Below are positions 18,450-27,019 of a stretch of DNA of 64,000 nt, piece after piece; within the stretch, counting starts at the first letter, position 1, and each line of letters starts with the position of its first letter. Origin of the DNA: a virus. The notes beneath the pieces were generated by a model. That model was given only the letters and a program-made list of their open reading frames with translations. It made no database searches and was not told the DNA's origin. The stretch is from positions 1 through 64,000 of the IMG/VR virus record IMGVR_UViG_3300043446_003702, one strand, 5' to 3'. Position numbers and translations under genes: made by a program.

Positions 18450-18524
18450 GGGCTGTTAGTGATAATGGGAGCACGAGGCCTTTGCACGGCTTAGGTGGGA
18501 GTTCGATTCTCCCACGGTCCACCA
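18450..18524 (+). tRNA. tRNA-Ala (TGC)
   Basis: G3.U70, loop TTTGCAC. Confidence 0.9.
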
Positions 18525-18546
18525 AACATGATATAAGTATTCACAA

Positions 18547-18636
18547 GGAACGTGGGCCGGATGGTAAGGCACGGGATTGCTAATCCCGCGGTGGTGACGA
18601 GCCGCTGATAGGGTTCGACTCCCTAACGTTCCGCCA
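18547..18636 (+). tRNA. tRNA-Ser (GCT)
   Basis: loop TTGCTAA, long variable arm. Confidence 0.9.
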
Positions 18637-18643
18637 AAGACAT

Positions 18644-18719
18644 TCCTCAGTAGCACAGCGGTAGTTGCACTTGACTGTTAATCAAGGTGTCGGTGGTTCG
18701 ATCCCACCCTGAGGAGCCA
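18644..18719 (+). tRNA. tRNA-Asn (GTT)
   Basis: loop CTGTTAA. Confidence 0.9.
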
Positions 18720-18736
18720 AACACAAAGGAAATACA

Positions 18737-18904
18737 ATGTCTAACACATTTAGAACTACAAACGATCCAATGAAACATCACAGTGGCAAGCCCAGACTGG
18801 GCCCACTGAACGTAGCACAATTGACCAAGATGTTGGAAAGTGCAAGACCAAAAAATCGTGCCAAGATTCAACGTGCAATAGACGCTAGACTCAAAAAGTC
18901 CTAA
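18737..18904 (+). CDS. small basic hypothetical protein (55 aa)
   Basis: AAGGA SD, open frame between tRNAs; absent from the ORF track. Confidence 0.6.
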   Translation: MSNTFRTTNDPMKHHSGKPRLGPLNVAQLTKMLESARPKNRAKIQRAIDARLKKS

Positions 18905-18912
18905 GCACTCAC

Positions 18913-18986
18913 GCCCTATTAGTATAATGGTATTACACCGGTTTTGTAATCCGGGTACGGCAGTTCGATTCTGTCATGGGGCACCA
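18913..18986 (+). tRNA. tRNA-Thr (TGT)
   Basis: loop TTTGTAA. Confidence 0.9.
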
Positions 18987-19039
18987 ATTTTTTTACAAAG
19001 GAGTTCTGTCATGAACAGTGACAAGAGTGGCAAACCTAT

Positions 19040-19114
19040 GGGGGTATAACTTAACGGCTAAAGTAGTGGGCTTTTAACCCATTAATCAGAGTTCGATTCT
19101 CTGTGCCCCTACCA
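19040..19114 (+). tRNA. tRNA-Lys (TTT)
   Basis: loop CTTTTAA. Confidence 0.9.
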
Positions 19115-19190
19115 TATAAAAACACATTTATGATCAGACTGGTACTCCGGCGCCGGGGGGAGACCGCCTCCACTGAGTGTGTTTCTATAT

Positions 19191-19265
19191 GGTAATGTAG
19201 CATAATGGCAGTGCACCACCTTCATACGGTGTCCAGTGAAAGTTCGACTCTTTCCATTACCGCCA
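19191..19265 (+). tRNA. elongator tRNA-Met (CAT)
   Basis: loop TTCATAC, fully paired acceptor. Confidence 0.8.
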
Positions 19266-19275
19266 AAGGAGATTT

Positions 19276-19992
19276 ATGAAAAAGGCAATTATCTTGGGTT
19301 GCAGTCATGCGCTGGGTGCAGAAATGCACAAACAACCAGGTTGGACATTGCAACCAGAATATGACAATGTTGATGCCTATGGCGCCATGAATAGTTATCC
19401 AGTGCTGTTGGCACAAGCCTTGGGCTATACACCATACAATCATGCTATATCTGGTGGCAGCAATGATGCCATGTATCGAATTTTCTGTGATCAGCTGCCA
19501 CAACTCACTGCCAGTGACATTGTGATTGCCTGCTGGACTGGAGGCAACAGAAGTGAAGTATTTTATGAATCCGAGCAGAGATGGTTGCCTATCAGTCACG
19601 GTGACACTCACACGCTTCGAATTCAATCAGACACAGTGTTACAGCAAGGCAGATCTATTCCAGAAAAAATCGCACATGCTGAGCCATTTGAACAATTTGG
19701 TCGACAGTGGTTGATATACGAAGGGCATGATCAGCGCGGTCGACTAAACAAGACAAAAAATATTTTGGCTCTGAACATGTTGGCACAGGCACACCATATA
19801 CCTGTGATCAACATTGACAGTTTTTGGCCAGTTATCGACTACGTATGGCCATCGGCTCTAAGTTGGCCTGTGTCACAAGAGTTTGTGCAGTTCTGTCAAG
19901 AACACAATTTTCCGCACACTGATTGGGGACATTATTTTCTCCCTGCTCATCAAGCATTTGCAAATTACATTTTAAAAAACATAGCCGGATAG
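19276..19992 (+). CDS. SGNH/GDSL-like hydrolase family protein
   Basis: LGCSHA, NHAISGGSN, GHYF..AH; 3' end overlaps tRNA-Ile. Confidence 0.6.
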   Translation: MKKAIILGCSHALGAEMHKQPGWTLQPEYDNVDAYGAMNSYPVLLAQALGYTPYNHAISGGSNDAMYRIFCDQLPQLTASDIVIACWTGGNRSEVFYESEQRWLPISHGDTHTLRIQSDTVLQQGRSIPEKIAHAEPFEQFGRQWLIYEGHDQRGRLNKTKNILALNMLAQAHHIPVINIDSFWPVIDYVWPSALSWPVSQEFVQFCQEHNFPHTDWGHYFLPAHQAFANYILKNIAG

Positions 19993-20056
19993 TTAAATGG
20001 TATAACGGTCGCTTGATAAGCGATTATCGCAAGTTCAATTCTTGCTCTGGCTACCA
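19983..20056 (+). tRNA. tRNA-Ile (GAT)
   Basis: loop TTGATAA. Confidence 0.9.
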
Positions 20057-20061
20057 GTCAT

Positions 20062-20136
20062 TGGGGGTTCGCCAAGTGGTAAGGCCTCGGATTTTGATTC
20101 CGACATGCATAGGTTCGAATCCTATACCCCCTGCCA
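20062..20136 (+). tRNA. tRNA-Gln (TTG)
   Basis: loop TTTTGAT, weak 1:72 pair. Confidence 0.9.
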
Positions 20137-20143
20137 AATTCCG

Positions 20144-20172
20144 TAGACATGTAGTGATACATGTTGTATAAT
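20144..20172 (+). promoter_or_regulatory. internal sigma70-like promoter before tRNA-Gly
   Basis: TAGACA-N17-TATAAT overlapping the ACATGTA-GTGA-TACATGT inverted repeat. Confidence 0.6.
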
Positions 20173-20181
20173 TACAGTATT

Positions 20182-20259
20182 GCGGGTAGACAGGTGATGG
20201 GGCCACCAGCAGCCTTCCAAGCTGAAGATCGCGGAGTTCGACTCTCCCTACCCGCTCCA
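20182..20259 (+). tRNA. tRNA-Gly (TCC), 8/4 fold
   Basis: loop CTTCCAA, U73; 8-bp acceptor and 4-bp T stem. Confidence 0.75.
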
Positions 20260-20278
20260 CTCTTTAGAAAGAACTGAC

Positions 20279-20497
20279 ATGGGGATTGAAAGTGCCGCAA
20301 CGTTTTTGATTTGTACAATTTTACTGGGCTCGGGTGCCACAGTGATTGTGGGTGTGATACTGTTGATCAACAACATGTTGCATCGTTACTGGAAAAACCT
20401 GCATTGGAACTTGCCAGAAAGTCTCAGAGCCATGCGTGATCCTTACCCATATCAGACTGTGGATCGCAGTCAAGAACCTCCTTTGGACCGGAAGTAA
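20279..20497 (+). CDS. small membrane protein
   Basis: hydrophobic N-terminal half; followed by hairpin 20486-20506. Confidence 0.55.
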   Translation: MGIESAATFLICTILLGSGATVIVGVILLINNMLHRYWKNLHWNLPESLRAMRDPYPYQTVDRSQEPPLDRK

Positions 20498-20518
20498 CTT
20501 CCGGTCTATCCTTTTTAT

Positions 20519-20597
20519 CCGAGTGTAGGAAAGTCTGGTTTAATCCGTCTGCTTTGGGAGCAGAAGATCGGGAGTTCGAATCTCTCTACTCGGACCA
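20519..20597 (+). tRNA. tRNA-Pro (TGG)
   Basis: loop TTTGGGA. Confidence 0.9.
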
Positions 20598-20602
20598 AAC
20601 AT

Positions 20603-20680
20603 GCAACGGTGGCGGAGTGGCCCAACGCATGGGATTGCAAATCCCAAAAACCGTCAGTTCGAATCTGACCCGTTGCTCCA
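20603..20680 (+). tRNA. tRNA-Cys (GCA)
   Basis: loop TTGCAAA, U73. Confidence 0.9.
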
Positions 20681-20704
20681 GAAATCAAGAAAAAATAAAG
20701 AACT

Positions 20705-21364
20705 ATGAAACTTTTAAACAACGTCTTAAGTGCGAAACAAATTGAATTATTCAAACAATACTGGGACAATAATCCCGATCAACGCTATGTAAATTGGAGA
20801 ATTGGTGATGAAGTATTAGATTATAGGTTAGAAGTCATGCATGACCCTGTGTTATGGAAAATTATCACTGATATAGTAAGTCAAGATTTTTCATCTACTG
20901 TACAAATTTGGAGTGCATTACAAAGTCAAAAATTTGCACATCACATTCATGTTGATGATTATGGTGTAGAAAAATATCCCGATATTCCAATGTACACTTA
21001 TATTTTTGCACTAGATACTGTGCCAGAATTTAAGACTATTGTGTGGAGGGAAGTTGTGAAAAGCAATGCAGACATACCAAACTATTTAAAACTTTGGAAT
21101 TTGAAGCGACACAAGTTGCCAAAAACTTCAACTATTAGCACTGAGCAAGATCTTGAACACACATATGATGAAAACGCACAGGCCTATTTGTGTGATTATT
21201 TAACATTGGATGATATTTTTGAGTATCAGGCCGGAAGTGGTGTACTGTTTAATGGTCGACAATTGCATTGTACCAGTAACTGGTTAAAATATAAAAAATT
21301 TGAAAGTCGAGAATTGTTACAAATACATGTCGTATCTCATGATTTGAAAACGTTATTGACGTAA
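20705..21364 (+). CDS. possible 2OG-Fe(II) oxygenase-like protein
   Basis: HIHVD..GVLFNGRQLHCT..R. Confidence 0.45.
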   Translation: MKLLNNVLSAKQIELFKQYWDNNPDQRYVNWRIGDEVLDYRLEVMHDPVLWKIITDIVSQDFSSTVQIWSALQSQKFAHHIHVDDYGVEKYPDIPMYTYIFALDTVPEFKTIVWREVVKSNADIPNYLKLWNLKRHKLPKTSTISTEQDLEHTYDENAQAYLCDYLTLDDIFEYQAGSGVLFNGRQLHCTSNWLKYKKFESRELLQIHVVSHDLKTLLT

Positions 21365-22527
21365 GGCTCAATAAGTTCGTAGAATTCTGGAAACGTATCT
21401 TCAAAACTCTGTCCTCGCAGTTTATCAAGGTCCTTGGTATGTTGCCAAAACTTAGGCCAGTAGGTATCGCATCCTGGCACTGTTTGCATTATAAAATTTG
21501 CAACACTGGGGTTGCGATTGGCAATAATCTTTCGCACTGATAACGGGATATGTCGTATATCATATTCCCCTGGCGAGGTCACTAAATTTAAGTTAGTTGA
21601 CAATCTATGCTTTGTTAAGTTAGTTCTAATTTTTGTTATGTCAAACACATTTATTGGACTAACTGTAATATTAATAGCCAAGTTAATGTTGGGATATTGT
21701 TGATGTATTTGTTTGAATTTTTCTAAGTTGTCAAACAACAAGTCAGCTTTGACTGGATATCTAATATATTCTAATTCTTTAATTTGATCACTATCAATGC
21801 TTAATCCAATTTGCACTGATTTAAATTTTGAAAGTATTTCTAAATATTTTGAATTAAATATTGTAATATTAGTATGTAACTGTAATGCAGTATTTTGAGA
21901 TTGTCCTGCGGCAGCAACACGTTCTAGTGCATTAAACAGCGCAGGATTCAAAAAAGGTTCGCCGCCGTAAATGTCAACATACACCATGTTGGGCAACCAT
22001 TCAACAAATGTGTCCCAAAATTCTATGTTGTCTTGATTGAAACTGTTGCGTATGTGCTCAAACGTTTGAGAATATTCAGTAGCGGTGCCAACAAAGCCTT
22101 CGTTTTTTACCGCTAGTTGGTAGGCATCTTTGTACCATCCACTACTAGTCGCTGGATTACACATACGGCATGCAAGATTACAAGTATTTCCAGGTTTAAT
22201 GATAAAAACTTGTGGTTGAGTTGTTAAATTTGGCAATGCGCCAAATTTATTGTTAAATTGTTTTCTTGGACTATTGCTGTTAGATTGTTCTAAATCAAAG
22301 CAATGACTACAGGCTGGTAGTTCTCGATCTCTATCAAGAGCGGCTGCAACCATTCGTCGTGTATGGCTATTCCATGCATCCTTGAGACTGGTGCTGTGTG
22401 CATACATAACTTCTCGAGTTTTGGTTTCAAAACTCATGTTGTTGATATTACAAACACAAAAATCGCCGTTGTTTTGTATTGCCAATGCTTTGTGCGGCAT
22501 CACGCAGTGAGTTTTTGATTGGTCCAT
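21337..22527 (-). CDS. radical SAM protein with N-terminal Cys-rich (SPASM/Twitch-like) region
   Basis: CNLACRMC and GGEPF motifs. Confidence 0.85.
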   Translation of the reverse strand: MDQSKTHCVMPHKALAIQNNGDFCVCNINNMSFETKTREVMYAHSTSLKDAWNSHTRRMVAAALDRDRELPACSHCFDLEQSNSNSPRKQFNNKFGALPNLTTQPQVFIIKPGNTCNLACRMCNPATSSGWYKDAYQLAVKNEGFVGTATEYSQTFEHIRNSFNQDNIEFWDTFVEWLPNMVYVDIYGGEPFLNPALFNALERVAAAGQSQNTALQLHTNITIFNSKYLEILSKFKSVQIGLSIDSDQIKELEYIRYPVKADLLFDNLEKFKQIHQQYPNINLAINITVSPINVFDITKIRTNLTKHRLSTNLNLVTSPGEYDIRHIPLSVRKIIANRNPSVANFIMQTVPGCDTYWPKFWQHTKDLDKLRGQSFEDTFPEFYELIEPYVNNVFKS

Positions 22528-22565
22528 GTGGACTGATATTTATATATGGAATTTTGATTTAAAAT

Positions 22566-22657
22566 GGAAGATGATGCAGGTGCGATGGTGCGCCGACTGG
22601 CCTTGAAAACCAGGTTCCGAGAAATCGGATGGGGTTCGACTCCTCCGTCTTCCGCCA
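22566..22657 (+). tRNA. tRNA-Ser (TGA), 8/4 tRNA-Sec-like fold
   Basis: loop CTTGAAA, 8-bp acceptor, 6-bp D stem, long variable arm, G73. Confidence 0.8.
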
Positions 22658-22681
22658 AATAAGTACATAGAGGAGATAAAA

Positions 22682-22843
22682 ATGAAGCCAATCCAGTTTG
22701 AAAACAAAATTACTCGAGAAAGATTCATTTGCGATGACATCAGATTCCGGCGAGTGTTTGAAGGTGTTGAGTATATCTCTGTGCATCGACCCAATGAAAC
22801 TCGTCAATTGCTCATGCGCCTAGATGCATTACAACAAATTTAA
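22682..22843 (+). CDS. small hypothetical protein (53 aa)
   Basis: GAGGAG SD; absent from the ORF track. Confidence 0.6.
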   Translation: MKPIQFENKITRERFICDDIRFRRVFEGVEYISVHRPNETRQLLMRLDALQQI

Positions 22844-22845
22844 AA

Positions 22846-22919
22846 GCCTCGTTCGTCTAATGGTAGGGCCGCGCTTTTACACAGCGCAGACGGCAGTTCG
22901 ATTCTGTCACGAGGTACCA
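22846..22919 (+). tRNA. tRNA-Val (TAC)
   Basis: loop TTTACAC. Confidence 0.9.
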
Positions 22920-22995
22920 GCCACTATAGCAAAGATGGTCTATGCACCGGACTGAAAATCCGAGGATCCTGGTTCGATACCCGGTGGTGGCACCA
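22920..22995 (+). tRNA. tRNA-Phe (GAA)
   Basis: loop CTGAAAA; abuts tRNA-Val. Confidence 0.9.
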
Positions 22996-23191
22996 AACTA
23001 CAATCCAATGCAAAATCTTTTTTCGGTGGCTTAACATCAGGTACAAACTCAGGTTTTTTACTTTGATACAGAAGATTCACCAGGAAACCACGATCTGTGG
23101 TCCAGTAGGCCGCAGGCACGTATGGCTGATGTGAAAAGTTTTGATACAAAACTTCAACTCGTAATTCATTGGATTGCATAATGTATTTACT

Positions 23192-23269
23192 GCCCCCATG
23201 GACAAATTGGCAAAGTCGCTTCTCTCAAAAGGAAGAGCATTCTCTGTTCGAATCAGAGTGGGGGTACCA
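23192..23269 (+). tRNA. tRNA-Leu (CAA), short variable arm
   Basis: loop CTCAAAA, A73. Confidence 0.85.
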
Positions 23270-23277
23270 AGTATCAA

Positions 23278-23354
23278 GCCCTGGTGGCGCAATTGGTAGA
23301 CGCACCACTTTGAGGGGGTGTAAAGTGTGAGTTCGAATCTCACCCAGGGCACCA
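23278..23354 (+). tRNA. tRNA-Leu (GAG), short variable arm
   Basis: loop TTGAGGG, A73. Confidence 0.85.
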
Positions 23355-23359
23355 CTCTA

Positions 23360-23437
23360 CTCTGTATGGCGCAGCCTGGTCAGCGCACTGGTCTGGGGGA
23401 CCAGGGGTCGCAAGTTCAAATCTTGCTACAGAGACCA
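23360..23437 (+). tRNA. tRNA-Pro (GGG)
   Basis: loop CTGGGGG. Confidence 0.9.
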
Positions 23438-23459
23438 ATGATAACTAAAGAAAGCACTT

Positions 23460-23930
23460 ATGAAAAAACTAGATCTAGCACAAGTCACAGAATTCATCCA
23501 GGCTCAGACGCCTGAAACACGCATCTACCTGGGCTGTGATTCAGAACGCATCAGAATAGACGGACGCTGGTATGCTGACTATGTGCTGGCCATTGTAGTA
23601 CACATCAATGGCAACAACGGTTGTCGAATCTTTGGCGAAGTGCAACGCGAACCTGTGTGGGATCAAAAAGTCAACAAGCCTGCCATGCGTCTCATGACCG
23701 AAGTGTACAAGGTGTCAGAACTGTACTTGCAGTTGGCTGATGTGCTGGAAGATAGACTGGTGGAAGTTCACTTGGACATCAACCCCGACGAACACTATGG
23801 TTCAAGTTGTGTGGTCAGTCAAGCCATAGGCTACATCAAAGGCACATGTAATGTCATACCTTTCGTGAAACCACACGCCTTTGCCGCAAGTTACGCTGCT
23901 GATAGATTCAAAGGCTTGCAGGCGGCATAG
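23460..23930 (+). CDS. RNase H-like YkuK/DUF458 family protein
   Basis: IYLGCDS, RLMTEV, EVHLDIN, KPHAFAASYAAD motifs. Confidence 0.75.
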   Translation: MKKLDLAQVTEFIQAQTPETRIYLGCDSERIRIDGRWYADYVLAIVVHINGNNGCRIFGEVQREPVWDQKVNKPAMRLMTEVYKVSELYLQLADVLEDRLVEVHLDINPDEHYGSSCVVSQAIGYIKGTCNVIPFVKPHAFAASYAADRFKGLQAA

Positions 23931-23936
23931 AATATT

Positions 23937-24010
23937 GCGGGATTAGTTTAATGGCAAAACGGAACCTTGCCAAGGTTCATACACCAGTTCGATTCTGGTA
24001 TTCCGCTCCA
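23937..24010 (+). tRNA. tRNA-Gly (GCC)
   Basis: loop TTGCCAA, U73. Confidence 0.9.
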
Positions 24011-24013
24011 ATT

Positions 24014-24087
24014 GCTCTTGTAGTTAAGTGGCATAACGGCTCCATGGTAAGGAGCAGTCGACAGTTCGATTCTGTACTTGAGCACCA
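24014..24087 (+). tRNA. tRNA-Thr (GGT)
   Basis: loop ATGGTAA; mismatches in the acceptor stem. Confidence 0.8.
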
Positions 24088-24162
24088 CGGCCTTTAGTTC
24101 AATGGATAGAATACCGGGCTTCGAACCCGGGGGTGGCGGTTCGATCCCGTCAGGGCCGGCCA
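24088..24162 (+). tRNA. tRNA-Arg (TCG)
   Basis: loop CTTCGAA. Confidence 0.9.
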
Positions 24163-25391
24163 TTCAATAGTATAGGCTTGCTGGCAAAAGTTTTGTAGTT
24201 TAACACTGTGTAATTGTCGTACAGTGTTTTGTCAACCCAAGGAGTTAGTCCACTATTGGTGATATCTCCAATCAACAAAGATGTTTCGCCAACACAATTG
24301 GCAACTTCATTTAGTACCTCGCCTAATACAGCGCGAACATGAGGGTGCTGTTCTTCTAAAACACGCAATATTGGTAGTTCAAACTGCATGAAAAATCCAT
24401 AGTCGCTTTGCTTGTCTGCTTGCCATGCCCTAGCATCAAACCCTGGGTACAAATGTCTACGCATGGCATCCTGTACGTATCTGCTGAATTTAAGTTCAGT
24501 TCGCAAGTCTTCTATTGTGGAAATGTTGTGTGCCTTTGCCACCGTGGCGTCTTTACGGCATAAATCTATAAGTTCATACCAACCGCGTATGGCTAATTCA
24601 GGCAAGTCGGGAGTCCAATAAAATGGTTCCCAGATTACATTGTCTGGAAATCCATTGCTTCGGGTACAATAAGTGTAATTACGTATCAGACCTTCAGGAA
24701 AGAAGCCTTGATAGTTGTTGCCTGTTTGCATCACACAAGGTTTATCCAGTCCCACCAGTAATGCAGCACGTTGATTGCCAATGCGGCGTTGCAATTGCGC
24801 ATTGGTGGCAACACTGAGCCAACGACCAAAGAACACACCAGGCTTGGGTCTGCTGTCCAGGAACACTTGTTCAGCATCTCTATATGATTCAGCCACACGA
24901 TCCAACCACTCTATTTTGATCACACCTGTACCTGGATGCTCGTGTGCATAGCGTTCAGCATAGGGCACAGCATGGTACATGATCTCGCCATACCAATTGT
25001 CAGGATTTAGATTGTTGAATGGGGTTGAATTTTCCAACTCAGGTGTGACGAACACAATGATGTCATCTATGCGCAGGCCTTGTGCGGCAAAACTTTCAAT
25101 GATGTTGCGACTATCCCACCCACCACTGAACATCACTGCCACGTAGTCATACTGCTCACGTAGCTGTCTGGCTCTAGCATAGTACAATTCTTTAAGACTC
25201 TGATTGCGCCAATGTCCTGCTGCATGCGCCGAGGTCCATACATCATCGTAGTAATGCCAGGCCACAGGTTCACCGGTACGGTGACTGGCTTCTAGCGCAT
25301 CTCTGTTGGAGTAAAACCAACTATTGCCCACGGTGTAGTGCCCCAGTGGACTGTACAATACCTCGCCTACTGAATCTGGAACATATATCAT
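24150..25391 (-). CDS. PP-loop (adenine nucleotide alpha hydrolase-like) protein
   Basis: VMFSGGWDS motif. Confidence 0.55.
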   Translation of the reverse strand: MIYVPDSVGEVLYSPLGHYTVGNSWFYSNRDALEASHRTGEPVAWHYYDDVWTSAHAAGHWRNQSLKELYYARARQLREQYDYVAVMFSGGWDSRNIIESFAAQGLRIDDIIVFVTPELENSTPFNNLNPDNWYGEIMYHAVPYAERYAHEHPGTGVIKIEWLDRVAESYRDAEQVFLDSRPKPGVFFGRWLSVATNAQLQRRIGNQRAALLVGLDKPCVMQTGNNYQGFFPEGLIRNYTYCTRSNGFPDNVIWEPFYWTPDLPELAIRGWYELIDLCRKDATVAKAHNISTIEDLRTELKFSRYVQDAMRRHLYPGFDARAWQADKQSDYGFFMQFELPILRVLEEQHPHVRAVLGEVLNEVANCVGETSLLIGDITNSGLTPWVDKTLYDNYTVLNYKTFASKPILLNGRP

Positions 25392-26299
25392 GTTAGTAAA
25401 AATTCCGCAACACGATCTATTGCTGCTTGATAGCCATGTTCCCACAGTGCAAAATGTGTGACATCAGGTATGGTATAAGTTTCAATGTCACCGTTGGAAA
25501 AATAATCTACGGCACGGTGTAGCCATGACGCAGGCACTTCTACGTCATGTTCACCGCGTGTGAACAACATGCGCTTGCCATTCAACTGGGCTGTATCAAA
25601 TCCTGGATTGTCATGTGACATGGGCCAGTATATGCGATCCAGCCACCAGGTTCTGGGGGCTGACCACGAATCAAAATTGAATGAAGTATAGCCTTGTGTG
25701 AGTCTGCGCATTTCGCTGTGCCAAGTTGGCACACGTTGTGGCTCACCTATTTCTGTGTCACTGATGGCATTTAATTGTTTTTCAATTAATTGTTCAAGAC
25801 TGGTGCTCCAAAAACCAGACTCGGTGGCTGTGCGTTGCCACAATCGAACCAGTGATGCATTGTCCGCACACCAGGCTCGATCAAACACTGTGGGACTCAT
25901 GACCACAGCACTGTCCACCCATCCCTGTGCCAAAAGCACCAAAGGCACCATGGTTGTATTGCAGAAACCCAGTGCAGATACCTTGTGATATCTTGGCATG
26001 TGGTACAAAACAGTTGATATTTGTTCTGCAAAGTACAGCCTATCATAGTGAGTTTGTGGTACACCTGTGCTGTTACCAAAGCCCAAGGCATCAATCATGT
26101 ATACATTTATACCACCAGCAGCCAACTGTTCAGCATGTGTGACACCAGTACCTGGGTCAAAATGCCAAAAGTTTCTGGCACTCATGCTTCGTCCTGGCAA
26201 AATTACCACAGCATGATCATTGCCGGGTTGTGTAACTGAATGCACATAGATGCGCCCAGATTCAAATGGTACAAAGTAAGGAACGGAGAGCAAATTCAT
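25388..26299 (-). CDS. alpha/beta hydrolase fold protein
   Basis: ILPGRS, DALGFGNS, RGEHD, THF motifs; nucleophile elbow GFCNT. Confidence 0.7.
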   Translation of the reverse strand: MNLLSVPYFVPFESGRIYVHSVTQPGNDHAVVILPGRSMSARNFWHFDPGTGVTHAEQLAAGGINVYMIDALGFGNSTGVPQTHYDRLYFAEQISTVLYHMPRYHKVSALGFCNTTMVPLVLLAQGWVDSAVVMSPTVFDRAWCADNASLVRLWQRTATESGFWSTSLEQLIEKQLNAISDTEIGEPQRVPTWHSEMRRLTQGYTSFNFDSWSAPRTWWLDRIYWPMSHDNPGFDTAQLNGKRMLFTRGEHDVEVPASWLHRAVDYFSNGDIETYTIPDVTHFALWEHGYQAAIDRVAEFLLT

Positions 26300-26436
26300 T
26301 GTGTATTGTACTATAATTTAGTTGACTTTGCAATAGATTGTACCAAACAACGACATTAAAAAATACAATGGCAAAATAGCTTGACATAGGTGGTTTCTAT
26401 ACTATATACTAGTGATGTCACTAATAGGAGGAACAC

Positions 26437-26874
26437 ATGACACAATCCGTAAAAGGAACCCGTACCGAATTGAATTTGAAAGAAGCATTTGCTGGCGAAT
26501 CACAGGCTAATCGTAGATACCTGTATTTTGCAAACATGGCCGACGTGGCCGGCGACAACGATGTGGCTGCGTTGTTTCGCAGCACTGCCGAAGGTGAAAC
26601 TGGACATGCACATGGACACATGGAGTACTTGATCGAAGGTGGCGCCGGAGATCCTGGCACAGGCATGAGCGCACGTACAGTGACCGAAGCCTTGGAAAGT
26701 GCTATCCACGGTGAAACACACGAGTACACTGACATGTATCCTGGCATGGCCAAAACAGCACGTGACGAAGGATTTGACGAAGTTGCCGACTGGTTTGAAA
26801 CTCTGGCCAAAGCCGAACGTAGTCATGCCAATCGCTTCTCCAAGGCCTTAGAAGCGCATAAAGCCGCACAATAA
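26437..26874 (+). CDS. rbr: rubrerythrin (short erythrin type)
   Basis: [37 protein letters not shown] diiron motifs. Confidence 0.92.
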   Translation: MTQSVKGTRTELNLKEAFAGESQANRRYLYFANMADVAGDNDVAALFRSTAEGETGHAHGHMEYLIEGGAGDPGTGMSARTVTEALESAIHGETHEYTDMYPGMAKTARDEGFDEVADWFETLAKAERSHANRFSKALEAHKAAQ

Positions 26875-26884
26875 GGAGATGACC

Positions 26885-27019
26885 ATGCAACAATACATGT
26901 GCTCAGTTTGTGGTCATATTCATGACGAAGCCGTAGATGGTGTGTTTGCTGAATTGGACAAATACCACATCTGTCCCGAGTGTGGTTGCGGCAAGGAAGA
27001 GTACCAATTGGTACAATAA
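26885..27019 (+). CDS. rubredoxin (44 aa)
   Basis: MQQYMCSVCGHIHDE..CPECGCGKEEY with two CxxCG motifs; AAGGAG SD; absent from the ORF track. Confidence 0.85.
   Translation: MQQYMCSVCGHIHDEAVDGVFAELDKYHICPECGCGKEEYQLVQ

Noticed and set aside
19011-19050. SD + ATG mini-ORF running into tRNA-Lys
   Set aside because: Very short, with no associated terminator or promoter; insufficient support.
22566-22657. Stop-codon suppressor/selenocysteine tRNA or genetic-code reassignment
   Set aside because: The anticodon is TGA (reads UCA, Ser), not TCA; no CTA/TTA/TCA anticodons were found and genes are intact in the standard code.
16176-24163. ORF-track entries over tRNA genes (e.g. 16176-16424, 18290-18871, 20051-20260, 23077-23355, 23948-24163) and the 17310 start
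   Set aside because: They are shadow frames of tRNAs; the real start of the 17310 ORF is 17403.
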